Positions 46,334-60,378 of a stretch of DNA of 64,000 nucleotides are shown piece after piece. This stretch comes from Leidyana gryllorum EB-2025a (Eukaryota; Protista; Apicomplexa). Each line of letters opens with the position of its first letter. Positions within the stretch are counted from its first letter, which is position 1. Location: NCBI GenBank assembly GCA_048772705.1, contig JBLWGC010000230.1:992001-1056000 (forward strand), written 5' to 3'. A model generated the notes under the pieces. It was not told the DNA's origin, made no database searches, and was given only the letters and a program-made list of their open reading frames with translations. The position numbers were made by a program, and so were the translations under genes.

Positions 46334-49300
46334 TCAAGTGGACATGACTGATTCAACATAAGCTTTAGCGGCTTGTCGACAGTTAGCCAAAGAATCTTCG
46401 TCTCCGTATGTTTTCTCGAAGGATTGCCACCGAGAGAAGATCGGACGCATCTTGGTGGGCTTGAGAGCGACTTTGATGGCTTCCATGAAAAGCTGACGTG
46501 CGGCACTGTGGTTGAGGAGAGTGTGGATTGGTCACATTTGGTTTTGACGACTTACCTCCTCTCAGTCTTAGAGTTGTTGCGCCGAAGTGCCGATATCTGG
46601 GCGTCGAACAAAACGTTCCAAATATCCGTCCGCTTCGGTTTCTCAGCCAACACCTTCAAGAAGATGGTACGCCCTCTGTGTAAGAGACAGTGTAGGAAGA
46701 GAGCATTTTTTCTGTGTGCTTACCTCTCAGGGCTCCCGTAACGGAACTCGAAGCGGCCAACTGTCGTCTGCAGTTCAATGTGGGCGGACTTCTCTGTCCT
46801 ATGCAGGGCTTTGCGAAGTGTCTCGTCGATCCGAGATCGGGTCAGTGATGAGATCTTGACATTGGTGTGCTCCTTGTTAGCAGCCAAAGGTGCTGCCAAT
46901 TCTGCGCTTCGGGAATCGCGCATGTAAAGGGATGCCAGATACCGCGCCCAAACAGTGGGGTCGGTAGCCAACTTTTTGAGCATTCGGTCTGCGAGGGTGT
47001 CCAGGGGGGCCCACTCGCCCCGTTTCTCATATTCGTCAAGCATATGGAAGTATATAGTTTTGGCATCATTGTACTGAAGGGCCTCCTCGAGTACCTCTTT
47101 GATCATATCTCCAAAGTTGAGCTCCAGATTCAGCCAGGCTATCCATATCTTCAACTTCTCACCACTCTCGACATTCTCAATTCCTCTCTTCGCCACTTCA
47201 CGAGCCTTCGTGATGTCTTGGAGTTTCACGTGGTACGCCATATAACCGATCCAACATCCAGCAGTGTCTCCCGAGATCAGCGCGAGACGCTCGAAATCGT
47301 CCACTGTCTTCGGATCGGCCTCCCAGGCACCCGTAGCATTGCGTCGTTCAATCTCACGCGTCAATTTCTCATTCTCCAAATCCAATTCGGCGGACTGCCC
47401 GCTCATAGCCTTGAGAGAGGCTTTGCTGCCGGACATCATGCGAGACATCGTGGCATACTCTTTGACACGCTTCATTACATCGTCCTCGTCAAGAGTGGCA
47501 GAGGTCTCCATACTGCCCATCCAGTCCCGAGAGCTCATTGTAGATAACTTGTGCAAAATCCGAGCTTCGGCGATGTCACCATCAGAGAGGTCCTCGTCAT
47601 CTTCTTCTCTCTGTAACTCCTCCATGTCCTCGTCCTCGCAAGTGCGAGGAGTCCCCAAATCGTCAGCACTGACAGTACTCTCCTCATCACTGTCCATTGA
47701 TGACGTCTGCAACTCGCCCATCGTCTGCGATGGGTAACGCAGAAAAGCAGGACTGGAGTCTCGAGTTGATGAGCTCTCGCCGTTCTCCACATTCTCGTCA
47801 TTATCTGTCTCATCTGCAACCTCTGCTACATCTGCTTCCTCCTGCTGCTCCTCCTCCGCCATACCAGCGTCTCCGGCCCCTTCAGCCTTCTCGACGGCAC
47901 GCGAAATGTCCAGATCGGTAAAGTAACTCTTCTTCATACCAACTGTGATCCGCCGACGCTGCTCATCCTTCTTCAAAACCTTCACCACGACATGGTCGCC
48001 TGGTTCCAGCTTTGAGTCCAGGGTAACACCCACATCCACAATTTCTGTAGTTGGACACAACGCATCCAACTTCTCAGAGTTATGAAACGTGATAAAGACG
48101 CCAAAACTTTCCATTCGTTTGATACGAGCCACCACAACATCTCCCTCATTCAGATTCTCAAATGTTACAACCCCCTCACGGCCAACAATATCAGACAGAA
48201 TGTCTGTCTTCATTGACCCTTCGGCTTGATTCTTCGCCAACGAGACACTGGCGACCCGAACATTCGTCACAATCTTTCCAACAGGGAACGCTTCACTCAA
48301 AACAGCCTCGTCCCACATTGTCTTCCCAGCAGCGAGCAGCTTTTGCACCTTACGTCCGGCCAATTCCCGTACCTTCACGCGCACATAACAGCGACTAGAC
48401 AGGTATACGTAAACACCTTTGGGACTACTTGAACGAATCACACCGGCATAAGCCTTGCCCACAACCAAATCCTTCACTGATTGCGGGAGGGAAGCGCAAT
48501 CTGCAGATCGGAAACTTCCCTCAATCAAATTGAGATCTCCCTTTCCATCCTGCATACAGCACTCCAGGGACCGAGGCATAACTTCGGTTGGCGCGATCCC
48601 AATTAACCTCACAGTCACAACATCACCAACAGACACTGTGTCCAGGGGATCGACTTTCGTCGAGACTTTATCCTCAATTTCCATCGCATGAACCCACGCG
48701 CGCAAACGACCGCAGAGCACCACGCTGACTGCGTTGCGTCTGCTGTCCTTGGCTTGGATACGTCCTTCGACCTCGGCTCCGATCCCTCCCATTTTCTCTA
48801 AAGCCTTCTGGGCCACAGACTCCATAGAATCATTGACAAGGTCCACACTAAACGGCAGAGGCGCGTTAATCTTCTGTCGCTCCAGCAAAGACGACCCGTT
48901 GGAAGTCTTGTTGTCACCCCTATCGGCAGGCTTCTCACTCACTTTGTCCAAGTCAATGGATGCAGTGACATTAAGCTTCCCATTACGAGTCTGGGTTTGC
49001 GAAACCCGAACCTTGATGCTCGCGCCGATCTTGTAACGCTTCATGGCTAAGATTCTGGCCTTGGCGCTCTCAGAGATAGCGCTCGGATCGAAGAACTCCC
49101 GGCCCTCCAGAGTACAGCAGATGTCAGTGAAGGGCACCACTGCGCTAAAGTCTCCGTATCCGCGTATAACCAGTCCAAATGGCATCACACTGCTGACATA
49201 GCCCTCCAAAATATCATTCAACTCAATAGTAGTTGGATCTAAGTGCTTCGCAAGGCGAGCATCATCGATGTTCAGCAAAGTCTTCTTGGCGGTCAAAGAT

Positions 49301-51057
49301 ATGACTTGGCGACCCACCTCGACCGTCAGAACTCTGAACTTGTGAACGGAACCTTCTTTGTAAGAGGTGGGGATTTCGTCAGTTGCCACGTCGCTCAGTT
49401 GTTCCTTTCGCACACGTGCGCGAAGGTAGGGCGACAGCTCAATCATCAGATGCGATTCATGTTTTTTGACCACGGTTCCTTTGACGAGGCTGCCGACGGT
49501 GGCATCCGCTAATCCAACAAAAGCTTCTTCCAGTAGCTTTTGGGTCATGCCGGCGCTGACCACTGCGTCTATGAGATTGACATGAAGTACGCGGAAGTCT
49601 TGGCGCTGTCCGAGGCTCATCTTGATCATTTTCGCTTCGACACCCTCGTCGGCAACCTTATCCTTGGCGCAGTGTACTAAGAATGCGTCGTTGAATGGCA
49701 TTTTCCATTCCTGGAGCTGGGGATCGGTCGCACCAGTGTCACTGACAGATTTAGCATCCTGGGCAGCAACAGCTCGGATGCCGATTCCAGTTTCAATTTC
49801 GGCAATCCGTGCGGCCTCAATTTTCGAGCCGCTGCGGAGTGACATTAGGGGTGCGGTAACGAACTCGTTGCGCAAATGCACGATATGTGCCAGCGCAGAA
49901 ACGACCAGCGTGGCACTGGCTGCGGTGCCAGTGTTTCCAGGGATGATGGCGATCACTCTGCCTAAGAATCGGTCGTTGGTACCGAAGCGGGGGCACAGTA
50001 TCGGCCAAGTATGCAGGCGTTTCTGGACGTTTTTTGCTGATACGCCTTCTGTTCTTCCAGTGGTGGCGGGCTTGTAGGGCCATACGAGAGTGGGATCTTC
50101 GGTGGTGTCAATGTCAGTGGTAAGACGGCTGAATGGGTGGTGTACATGGAGGCGGGGTATGATGGCCGTCATGGTGTTTCCGAGTCTAACGTCAAGAGAT
50201 GCGATGCCTTGCGGAAAGCACTTGGTGATAGCATGTTTCTTCTTGGCGGGCAATACAGTGGATGAGGAGTTATTGGCAGCATTAGAGGGGGGGGCTGTGA
50301 CTGCCGTGACAGCACATTCACAGAGCTGGCCAGCGAGGAAGCTGCCCTTGTCCATATCGGCATTGACTGAGATATAGCGCAATCTGGCATCGTCCCCGTA
50401 TCTCGCCACGATTAACTTGCTTTCCTTTTTGACGGCTTCGACTGTGACGAATTGAAAGCTTCCAACTGTGACGTTGGCGAGCTGTTTATCATCGGTGACT
50501 TTGGCGAAGACTTGGCAAGGATTTTTATCGTTGATATCCAGAGATCCGTGGAATCCGTGCTCTTCTACCGAGGTGACCCGGACCAGAAGGAGTTGGTTCT
50601 TGACGGGAGGCCACTCGACTCCTTTGTTGAGGAGCGCCGGGCGCATAGAGAGAGGAAGGAAGCCTTTTGGGCCATTGGGTATGTCTTGACGCTCACTGGA
50701 GAGTACTTGGCAGAGTACATATTGTCCCTTGACGTAAACTTGAGAAAGGGGAGCGGAACAGTCTGCCGCGAGGGCATCAGCAAGAAAAACAAATCCTCTC
50801 TGGCCGCAAGGCAAGTCGACCAGTAATCGGTCGGAGCAGACCAGTGAGATCACTCCCAGTACTTTAGTCTGGGGAGGATAACGAAATGTAGAGTGAGTTG
50901 TTGAGACAGGTCTCGATGATTCATTGTTTCGTGTTTGAGATTCTTCTTCTTGAGAGCGGTGCTGTTTTTTCCTCTTGACCGACGGATTCTCGGCAGAACT
51001 TGAGGGTCGTCGTTTACCGGGGCTATGCTCTCCACGAGGAAAAAGGGGGACCGGCAT
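46334..51057 (-). CDS. RRP5: rRNA biogenesis protein RRP5 (S1 repeats plus C-terminal HAT repeats)
   Basis: LFPRG N-terminus, multiple S1 repeats, DDFERL, WIGYMAYH, EKLKIWIAWLNLE, FEFRYGSPER and KPKRTDIWNV in the 3' exon. Confidence 0.93.
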
Positions 51058-51579
51058 CCTCCTTTGAATCGGTTTTTTGTCTTTTGCGGCACTTCATTCC
51101 AGCTTGGTGCTCGCTATGCATACTGATAAGGTGCCCATTTCTTTCCCGCTTCGGCTTTCTGTGACCTGACCAGCAGCAACGGGTGTCTGTCTAACAATCT
51201 CCACAGACCGCACGACTCACTGGCAATGAGGTGAATGTTATATCATCGAGAGGGGCCCGCGCTTCAGCCGACCCAATGAGTCTCGACGATGAAGCACTGT
51301 CATGGGACCAAACCTCAAATCTAAGAAGAGAGCAAACTAATTTGATGACAGTAAAGAAGCGACCGCACTCACTTCAAATGCCGCGTTCGTGCGTTGTCAA
51401 ATATATACTCGAACGGGTTAACGAACCTGTACTCGCGAATATCTCGGCCATACTCCTCCAATGTGCGAACGTGCTTCAAAGGTCTGGAGGCCAGCGGTTT
51501 TGCTTTCCCACTGTAAACCACGAAAAAGGGAATCTGCGATCAATCCAGTCAGACAAACAGCATCAGAAACAACACACTC

Positions 51580-54086
51580 TCATACCACGTCAGAGTCGCA
51601 ATCATTGCTGGGTTGGAAACTCGATATGAAGCCGGTAATTTTCAGTGGTACCCTCGTGGGGGTCTCCACTCTCCCCACCCCGCGAACCTTTGTGGTTGGC
51701 AGGTGCTCCTTCCATTGTTCGTACAGCGATCCTTGCGCAGACACATTACTATGAGGGGTAGGCTTCTTGTTCACTTGCATATGACAAAGCAAGTGACCTT
51801 CAATCAGCCCTTTGCTCTCCAACTGATGGATATTGAAGCACAGACGGGGAAGCAGGCAGGGGGGAAACAGGGAGGGAGAGAGAAGAGAGACGGGAGAGAG
51901 GGGAGATAGACACAGACACACTGAGACACCGACAAACGCACACGCGAACACACACGCACAGAATGGGGGGGTCAATGAGTAGCTTCGGTGGGTTACTTGA
52001 AGACTCACAGGAATTTTAAAGGCGATCATCTTACGTCCGAGAGGCATTCTCAGGAGTAATTGTAGAGTTCGTCGGAAGCGGGCTGTTCCTCGCATCAAGA
52101 TCGCACCCTCATTTCGTGGATCGAAAAGTTCAACTCTGCCGCAGAACGAAGAAGTTGGATGATTCTTGTTCTTCCCTTTTCTCACTCACTTCAGGACTGT
52201 GTCATTAGGCGCGGGCTTTATAACGTCCCCACAGACTTCTACGGAAATCTGGAAGGACAGCAGAGTTTTCAGGGGTATATTGCCCGGCACAAGGCGTGTG
52301 CCGATGGCACTATGGCCCTCGTACTCTCCCAATTTGGCAGCGACATAAGCCATTTGCGGACACAGGTCGACATTGGTAACAATAACGTGATCCAACACGA
52401 GCAGTGCTTCGTATACGTCAATTCGGTTTGCCATCACCCCGTGATCGAATGCACTAATAATCTCCTCAACGGCACTGTCGATCAGTTGCATGGTGCTTTG
52501 TTGTAACGCAGATGCGTTTGGATATTGATGATAGTGAGGCTGAGGAGTGAGGTGTGATGGCAGATACTCTGGATAGTCGTCTTCATCGTCAATCTGGTGG
52601 CTAATGCTACACAGGGATTCCGAAGACGAGCTGTGATTGCTCTTTTCAGACAAACCCGTCAAGTGAACTCGAGACCACCCACTCGACACATCGGTCGTGG
52701 TGGCTTGGTGCTTGACCTCGACTGTCGCCTCGCGTTGACCGACAGGCATCTCGTCAACCAGCTTTTCATCGGGCGATACGGTGTCGCTGAAGGTCAACTT
52801 TAGTTGTGCCTCACCAGCTGCCAGGGAACACCCCGGCTTCTCATCCGTTGGATAGAGTGCCATCGAATTGCACATAGTAAAGGGCAGAGAGACAAGCGGA
52901 GACGTCCGCACGAACATTAGCACCGCTGCCAGCTCCAACGTTCCAACTCGGATCAGTCTGCATTCATCATCTGTGGACTTTGCTTCGTACAATTCGGCCC
53001 TGCGAGAAGCAGTGAGCGATGATGGAATTGCCCCAAACCAAATTAATCTCTTACGTCAGCGTCACAGCATCGCCCGATGTGGGTACGCCATGTAGGGGCA
53101 ACACGCACACCCGATCCATAATGTCGGGGCCGATCCTAATTCGGGTCCGCAAAGTGTTGAGGGACACGTCCAGGACTCGACGGCAACCTCTCTGCAGACT
53201 CTGAGTGTGGGAAAGGGGGCGACTCTTGTGCGGATTTACTCACATGGGGTCTCCGCAAATCAGAACTGATGTCCAACACTTCGATCTTCAGATACTTTAT
53301 GAACCGCAAGCCAGGGACGCTCGCAAGTGGCTGTGGCTCGCTCGCTTCTAATTTGGCCCAAAGGTTAGATTCAGATTGAGGGGACGAGTCTGGTGATTGT
53401 ACAAATTGCTTGGAGGGGGCCGGATAGAACATTGTATCCGCGGTGTTGGTGGTGGGCATAGGACGCGCTAAGGTTGTATCCTGGAGTCCTGAGGATCCGT
53501 CAGATTCGTCGGGGACTCGTAACAGAATGTCCGCGCCGATGTGGTCATTCCAGTTGCCAAGAGACGCTCCAGTGAGGGAGTGATCGGGAGGGGAAAGACT
53601 GGCAGGTTGGCTCGGGGGAGGGGGAACGTAACCTTGATACTCCCATGGAGAGGGAGGATAGATCGGGTAGGTGGGGATCGGGAAGGGGGCGTAGACTTGA
53701 TATTGCATTGGTGGCAATATCGGGACAGGAGGAGGGCCGCCGTATTGAGGTGGTGGTGGATAGGGCATGTCCCCATACCCTCGATGAGTATGCGCGGATG
53801 GAGGTGTGTGCGACTCGAAAGAGGGACGCCATCCGTCTGGCGACTCAAACGAATGTCGCCACAGTTCCAACGTCGGCTCGGTAGGCCGTCTATGGCTATG
53901 GGAGTTGGGGCTGTTTTGTTGGGCGGGGGAGGAGGAGTTGTCTACAACTGCTGGAGCGGGGCGACTCTTTATGCCAAAGGTGGTGTCAGACGCATGCCTC
54001 GAGGTTCCTTCGGACGACGATTCATCGTACACTTCCTCAATGGCAGACCGCTTAAGCGCATTACTGCTATCCTCCGAAGCATTCAT
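51580..54086 (-). CDS. Multi-exon hypothetical protein with a Pro/Tyr-rich N-terminal region (may be more than one gene)
   Basis: Long minus-strand ORFs 53136-54089, 52186-52992 and 51580-52185 separated by GT-AG segments. No family recognised. Confidence 0.45.
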
Positions 54087-54139
54087 CACATCGATCCCCC
54101 CATAAGATTTTTACAGTGCGGATCAGAGTCCAAGTCTAT

Positions 54140-55831
54140 CTATTTATCCTTTCGGGTCTCTAAGCTAGCTGTAGTTGCTTCATCTTCATTCTCGTCCTCG
54201 TGCTGAGACTCGTCCTCGTCCTCCGAATCCTCTCCGTCCTCCGATGACGACTCCTCCTTGGCCTCCTCGTTGTACTCGACAACTTTCCCGAGCTCTCGTC
54301 GGAATATGGCTGGCAGATACAGGGCCAACAAGATGGCGGGGACCTGCACACAGGCCGGGTCAATCAATAGTGAATCCGCGTCTCTTACCAGATATAAGAG
54401 GGCTGGCTGCGCCTTCTGCCACACCAGCATTACAACTCCAGTCAGCATGAGGGACAGCGCGTAGCTGAGTACGCTCGTATGGAAGTAGAACTTTGGGAAG
54501 GTCTGCCGAGGGGGAGATTGAGGAGTGTTAGTGGGACAGATGACCACTCACCCGGAACATCGGCGGCACTGTTTTGTCGATCTGACTGGGGTTCGTCTTC
54601 TCAGCGTAGAGCCAGTAGTCGAAACGCAAAGTCAACGCCACAAAACCGCCGGGCAAGACAATGTCGCCAAGGCCCAACAGCGAAGGGCGGCCGCCAGTGG
54701 GGAAGAGAATCTTGATTGGGGCATCAAAGTTCTGATCGCCATTGTGATCTATTTGATCGAAATCTCTCCGAAAGCATCTCACCTTTGCCACGCTGACCAT
54801 AACGTCAGTCCCGAACACCCAAAAGATGTCGTAGAAAAACAGCCCAATCAAGAGACCTGCTGCCAACTTGAAGTTACCGAACGACAGGTACCGGATAGCC
54901 TGCAGAGAGAGAGAGAGAGAGAAATGGGGGGATGGATGAGAGGGAGACTACTCATCGTTGGAGTCTCTCTCACCTGAATGCTAAAGGAGATGGCAAAAAG
55001 ATTGTGCAGCGCCCAAGCGCCTGTCGCCAGCCACCCGAAACAAACGAATATCGCTCCCGCATACGCCATCAAGTATCTCGGGGAGAAGTCCAAGTGGATT
55101 TCTTTTCCTGCGAGGAAGTGGAGCCCCCAGGGCACCTGGACGTTCACCTCCCGGCCTTGAGTGCACATATCCGGGTTCATGAGTTTCTGACGAAGGCAGT
55201 GCAAAGATGGATAGCGTCGCGGTCTGTGGGGCACAGGGCGAGGAAGAGAGCGGATCGATCGATCGATAGGTAGGTAGGTAGACAGGATAGATCTCTCACT
55301 GTCTCTCTTCCGACCGCATATAATTAGTGTGTGGATCACTTACGATGATCCCTGCAATGCTCTCCGAAACACACCAGACTCCAGTAGCGCATATGAAGAC
55401 ACTGAGGGTGAGATTGACCCAGTACTGTGGCAAGACTTTGAAGGCGACATATCTAATTCGAGGGAATACATAATAACCCACAACTAAGTCTCTCTCTGGT
55501 GGCACACTTACAAACCGAAGATGCTCGCCGAGGCGATCACTGGGAACCATGCGGCCTCTCTGGCTGACATGACTTCGGCTTCTGCCTTTGCATTCATTTC
55601 CTATTGTTACGACGGATTGGCACAAGTCTATGGCGGAAGGCGGTGCGCGCGTACCTGACTCACGACTCGGCCGTCCAGCGACAGGTGAGCACCGTACCAG
55701 ATAATGGGGAGGGTGTATACGAGCATTTGAAGGAGTATCGGAATGACAATCACTTTTGATAGTGCCATGAAGCAGGCAGATCCGATGAGGACCCCTTTAG
55801 TGATCCTCGTACGCTCGATCTGAGCCCCCAT
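54140..55831 (-). CDS. SPP: Signal peptide peptidase (A22B aspartyl protease), multi-exon
   Basis: GLFFYDIFWVFGT (YD), LGLGDIVLPG (GxGD) and QPALLY (PAL). Acidic C-terminus ending RKDK. Confidence 0.95.
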
Positions 55832-56055
55832 GGCTCTCCATTCCTTGCCAAAGTTCTGGAAGGTCGCTTGTAGATTGGTCAATGGAGGGGGCATAAAGCT
55901 CTGCCTCCTAGTCACGGTTGACACCATGCTGCTGAGGCGAGGTAGGGCTACCGTATAGAGTTCAACGGAAGTCCTACCATTCGTGTTTTGTCCCTGCAAC
56001 TTAGCGAAAATAAATTTCTAGCGCTCTTCCAAGGCGTTTTGGGACCACGACGCAA

Positions 56056-56582
56056 ATGAACCGGGTCAATTCCCTCATCTCTCGTGCCAACAGACGGGCC
56101 ATCTATGAGTACCTCATGAAGGGTAAGTATTTCGACGCTCACACCGCCAGCCGTATATCGTCTTAACCTCAGAGGGGACGCTCTGCGTCAAGAAGGACCC
56201 CAAAGCCCCCAAACACTCTGACATCGATGTGCCCAACCTTCATGTCCTCATGACTATGAGATCCCTCAAGTCCAAGAACTACGTGACTGAGACTTATAAC
56301 TGGCGCTACTTCTACTACGTCCTCAACAACGAGGGCATCGAGTTCCTCAGAGAGCAGCTCCAGGTCCCTGCCACTGTCTTCCCAGACACCTGCACACAGC
56401 GTGCCAGAGCTCCTCGTCCCGAGGGCCGTTTCCCCCGCCGTGAGGAGGGTGGCGACTGGGTAAGTCTTCCACACCCCCACTCAACAAATTCAAATCCACA
56501 TTTCTCTCAGCGTGACCGCCGTATGGGAGGTGGCCGTATGGGTGCTCCCCGTGGTGGTGAGGGCATAGCTCAAGCTGCTTAG
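56056..56582 (+). CDS. RPS10: 40S ribosomal protein S10 (eS10), two introns
   Basis: RRAIYEYLMK|EG, VPNLHV, SLKSKNYVTETYNWRYFYYVLNNEGIEFLRE. Confidence 0.97.
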
Positions 56583-56901
56583 AGAATTTACTTTTGATGT
56601 TGCTGTTGTGATGATGGAAACAACAAAGCGTAAAGAGAGGAGGAAAGCCCTGGTCCCATTACTCTGTCTGTCTGTCTGTCTGCTCATTGTCCCCACCTAC
56701 AGTGACTTGCTGAGCTGCCCGCTAAGCGAGCGCTTCGCTGGCTCTGTCACTTGCTGCCGGCTGGCAGCTGCCAGCTGTCTCTCTGTCTATGTAGTACGTT
56801 CATCACACTCAAAAGAGGACCCAAGATGGCACTGGACTTAATCGAACTCGGCTGGGAGCGGGCGCACTTCCACTCAACCGGCTGTACTTTTTTTGTGGTA
56901 T

Positions 56902-57399
56902 ATGGGGATTGACTTTCGCTGTCAGCAATGCGGGCTCTGCCTGTTCGACGAGGAAGCCGCTGTTGACGGACACGAGGTCAGCGATAAGAGGGCTAAAGAA
57001 GGTTTCCGTCGCGGACGCGAGGTACGTCAGCTTCATGGCCAGTCGCCTCGTGAGTAATCCAAATCGGCAACAACAGGTGGTTAAGGGGAACTGCACCTCT
57101 ATATATTTGGACGAGACCAAGTGTCCACTGGTGATCTTGAAAGGAGCTCTACAGGCGGGGACGTTGCATTGCAGCAAGGTGAGTGCCACCGCACAGAAGA
57201 CAATGTGGTTTTTTGGTGTCAGTGCAACTGGAAGATTGGCCGATACTCCTGGCACGGGCTCTCGTGCTCCTGTGGAGCCTGGATTACACCCGCATTCCAG
57301 ATACACAGGTCAAAAATAGACATAATAGACCGGGATATCATACTGCCAGTCGTCGAATTGATCCAACCAAACTCTGTTGATCCCTTAAAAAACCACTGA
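56902..57399 (+). CDS. YVH1: Stand-alone Yvh1/DUSP12-type zinc-binding domain protein, two introns
   Basis: MGIDFRCQQCGLCLF...H...CTSIYL...GTLHCSK|CNWKIGRYSWHGLSCSCGAWITPAFQIHRSKID. Confidence 0.8.
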
Positions 57400-57400
57400 A

Positions 57401-58378
57401 ATGCTTCCACCACCCGTTGTGGAAGCTCTAACGAAAACCTGTGAGACTGCCGAGGCCATAGTCAAAGAGTACAGCTTGAAAGACTCTATCTCCAATGCTG
57501 ATGCGTCAACACTATTGCGTGACACAGCGGACATCCTAAGAGCCAATCCTGATGTCCCCACCTTGTGGGCACTCAGACGACGAGCCTTGGTATGTGATGA
57601 AGGTACCGGTCTACTGGAGGTAAGCACTACAGAGACACACACTCCACCACTGTGGGGTACGACGACTCGGTAGCAGTTGACGGCCACCGACGTACTGGAC
57701 CGAGAACGGTCCTTTGTGTTGGAATGCACAGGCTCCAAACCCCTCAAGGCCTATACTCTGTGGCACCATCTTGTGTGGATCCTGTGCGCACATCTGCATT
57801 TCGTCTTCGCTTCTGTGCGTCCTGAACTAGTGCAGAGGAGCGAATTGTGGGTCCCGGATAGCTGGACCTCACGAACCGGATCCCAGATCATCAGGAGCAT
57901 AGTAGGACGCCCTTTAGAGCCAGACAAACACGCTCAGTGTATGCAAGAGGCTGTGAGATGTGTTCAAGAATATGAGAAGCTGTGCGCCCAGCAATTACAA
58001 AGGGAGTCACGCAACTTCCACGTGTGGGCTTTCCTATTACTAGTGCACAAACTGATGGCGGCTTTGCTGTATCCCAATGACGCTGTCAAAGAAACCGCCC
58101 ATTTCAAGGAACTGCAAAGAGAAGCTTCCACTGCTGAATTGGAACGGTGCGACTTTAACAATCCATCCGCAATCCACGTACGAATGAATGTCATCACTCT
58201 TACGGACGAGGAACTGTGTGCTGAACTCGCATGGCTCAAACACGTGAGACGCGGAACTTGAGTCGGCGCACAGTGCACACTTTCCTCACAGACAATTTAC
58301 GAGGATCCGGGACGTGAAGATGTCTGGCGCTATGTTGAACACCTTAGACGACTTTCTTTGGACGATAAACCATTCATA
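57401..58378 (+). CDS. Protein prenyltransferase alpha-subunit repeat protein (RABGGTA/PTAR1-like)
   Basis: PFTA repeats: NPDVPTLWALRR, KAYTLWHH, RNFHVW, NPSAIHVR and IYEDPGREDVWRY. Confidence 0.8.
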
Positions 58379-59099
58379 AAGTGAGTTTGCACATTAACTC
58401 ATCCAGTGACACACACGCTGCACACGATCACAGAACCGTAGTAGTTGAAGGAGATTTGGGCGAGAGGCTGTGTCTAAAGTGTGTGAAACCCATTCGATTG
58501 TCGAATTCATCCCGAGTGGGAAAGCACACCTTAGAGTGGACTCCCACGGAGGAGTCCAACAATGAGAGTCCTGAGTAAGCCCGATGAAGAGAAAGAGATG
58601 TGCTGTGCCAATTATTGCGCAGATTGCCTCTCGAATTTGAGAAATTCAAGCGACAATATTCCCGAACATGGACTGGACCGCTGCCCGAACCGTCAGAAGG
58701 CAAACCTATACAGTGCAATATTGTGTTTCAGGTGTGTGATCGATCTGTATATGATGTGATGATTTGATTACAGGTTCTTGGAGAGGATGCAGAGCGAACA
58801 TTGAGTCTGGTAACTTCGCTTCGGGCTGAGAACATTCTCGAGCGACCCAGCGACGAGGTAGTAGCTTTATGGCGGAGTTTTGACGATTTTCTCCGTCACG
58901 CGTGGCAGGGCGAGAGTGATATGCCGGGAGAGTCACTGATATTGCGGTGAGTGAGTGAAAAGGAGGACACTTGTTTGAGTGGTGTGCACAGTTGGAGACT
59001 TCACAAAGCTTTTGTGCATCACGCGGTCAGTCTGGATGAGATCGACGAACAAGAAGAACTACGCGTGGCTTTGATGTCTCTGAAAAACATGACCCCAAG

Positions 59100-59924
59100 C
59101 CGGCTGGCAAACATTCTAGAAACCGTTGGAGAATGATCTATCCCATGTCAGTAGTTCTCATTTGCTGGAAGATTTTTTGCCAGCTGACTTGGTGAAAGTG
59201 AGTTTGACAAGCTGATCGAAATGGATGGCTACTCCGCCAGCGAAGGCGTGCGTCATGGGTCGTTCGGATGTGTAGGCGACGAAGCAATTCTCCATATCGG
59301 GGTTGGAGTCCCCGACATGAACCACTTCGCGATGGGCTCCCTCTTTCTTCCAGTCATTGAGCGAACACTACAAACACACAGCGGATATTTCAGGCGGCGG
59401 TACCGTGATGTCTTTGCTCACCTCGAACATGTGCGGTTGACACTTGGGTCGACATTCTATCAAGATTTTATCCACGCAGATGACAGTGTGAGGGTCTGCG
59501 GACTCTTCTGAGAAGAAGAGTCTCCAGTTCTTGTTGGCTGTGTGACTCTGGTCTTCAGGCAGTCTCTCCCCGGAGTCCTATCGAACCGAAGATATATTTT
59601 GGTTCAAATTCGTCGCCGACCACTTACCATCTTTGTCTCGTGCTGTTGCACTACGGGTCGTAGATGTCCTCCTTGGTTGGCAGCCCCCCGGCCGGCCCCG
59701 ACACTCATTGCGTCGCCATTAGTCACGAGCATGGGTTGGAAACCGCCGAGATTGTTGCAATATGGGCAGCAGGGGTCCTTCCAGTCGGGGCTGAGAGGCT
59801 GAGTCACGGGGGCGTATCGTTGTCTGTTGGGGCGGTCCATACATGAGAAGTCTGGCCGTCTGGAGGACCGCGTATCCATGCAGGAGAAGTCTGGCCGTAC
59901 GTTGGGTCTGCACGGACAATTCAT
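59100..59924 (-). CDS. Hypothetical multi-exon protein; 3' extent uncertain
   Basis: ATG ORF 59604-59924 with duplicated RPDFSCMD and a CCPYC motif. A GTAAGT donor near 59627 leads to further exons. Confidence 0.3.
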
Positions 59925-60378
59925 TGGACAACACAGATCAGCTTTCTCGTCCCACCATCCCCCGCGTGGCGGGGCGGCAGGGCGGTATCGTGGTGCCCTG
60001 GCGGGTCGAGAAGGGACTGGATGATCGCTGCAACACTCTCGTTTGTTCTACGGGGATATGAAATTGCACCGGGCTCCTCTATAACAATAAGCTAAACCTA
60101 CCCACTGCTGAAAGTCCCAGTCTACCTCCCGGCCGTTGCAATCATGATCCGGCATCATGAGCTGGGTGGTCATTCAATGTAGTGCGAGGAGTGTGCGAGA
60201 GTACGGTTTCCTACCTTGTACCTATTTGCCATCCAACTTGGCAAAAGGACATCAGAGTCCTCTGGTGGGGTCACCTGGACCCATCCCTGTGGTCTACGAT
60301 TCGCCATTATGGACTTGTTAAATGTGTGATGAGTCATGCATCCTTAGTTTCGGTAGTCAAAAAACGCGCTTCCAAACC

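Noticed and set aside
56600-56790. Possible C/D box snoRNA and GC palindromes after RPS10
   Set aside because: The box-like words flank a (TCTG)n microsatellite and no guide sequence was recognised. It would need an Rfam/snoscan search.
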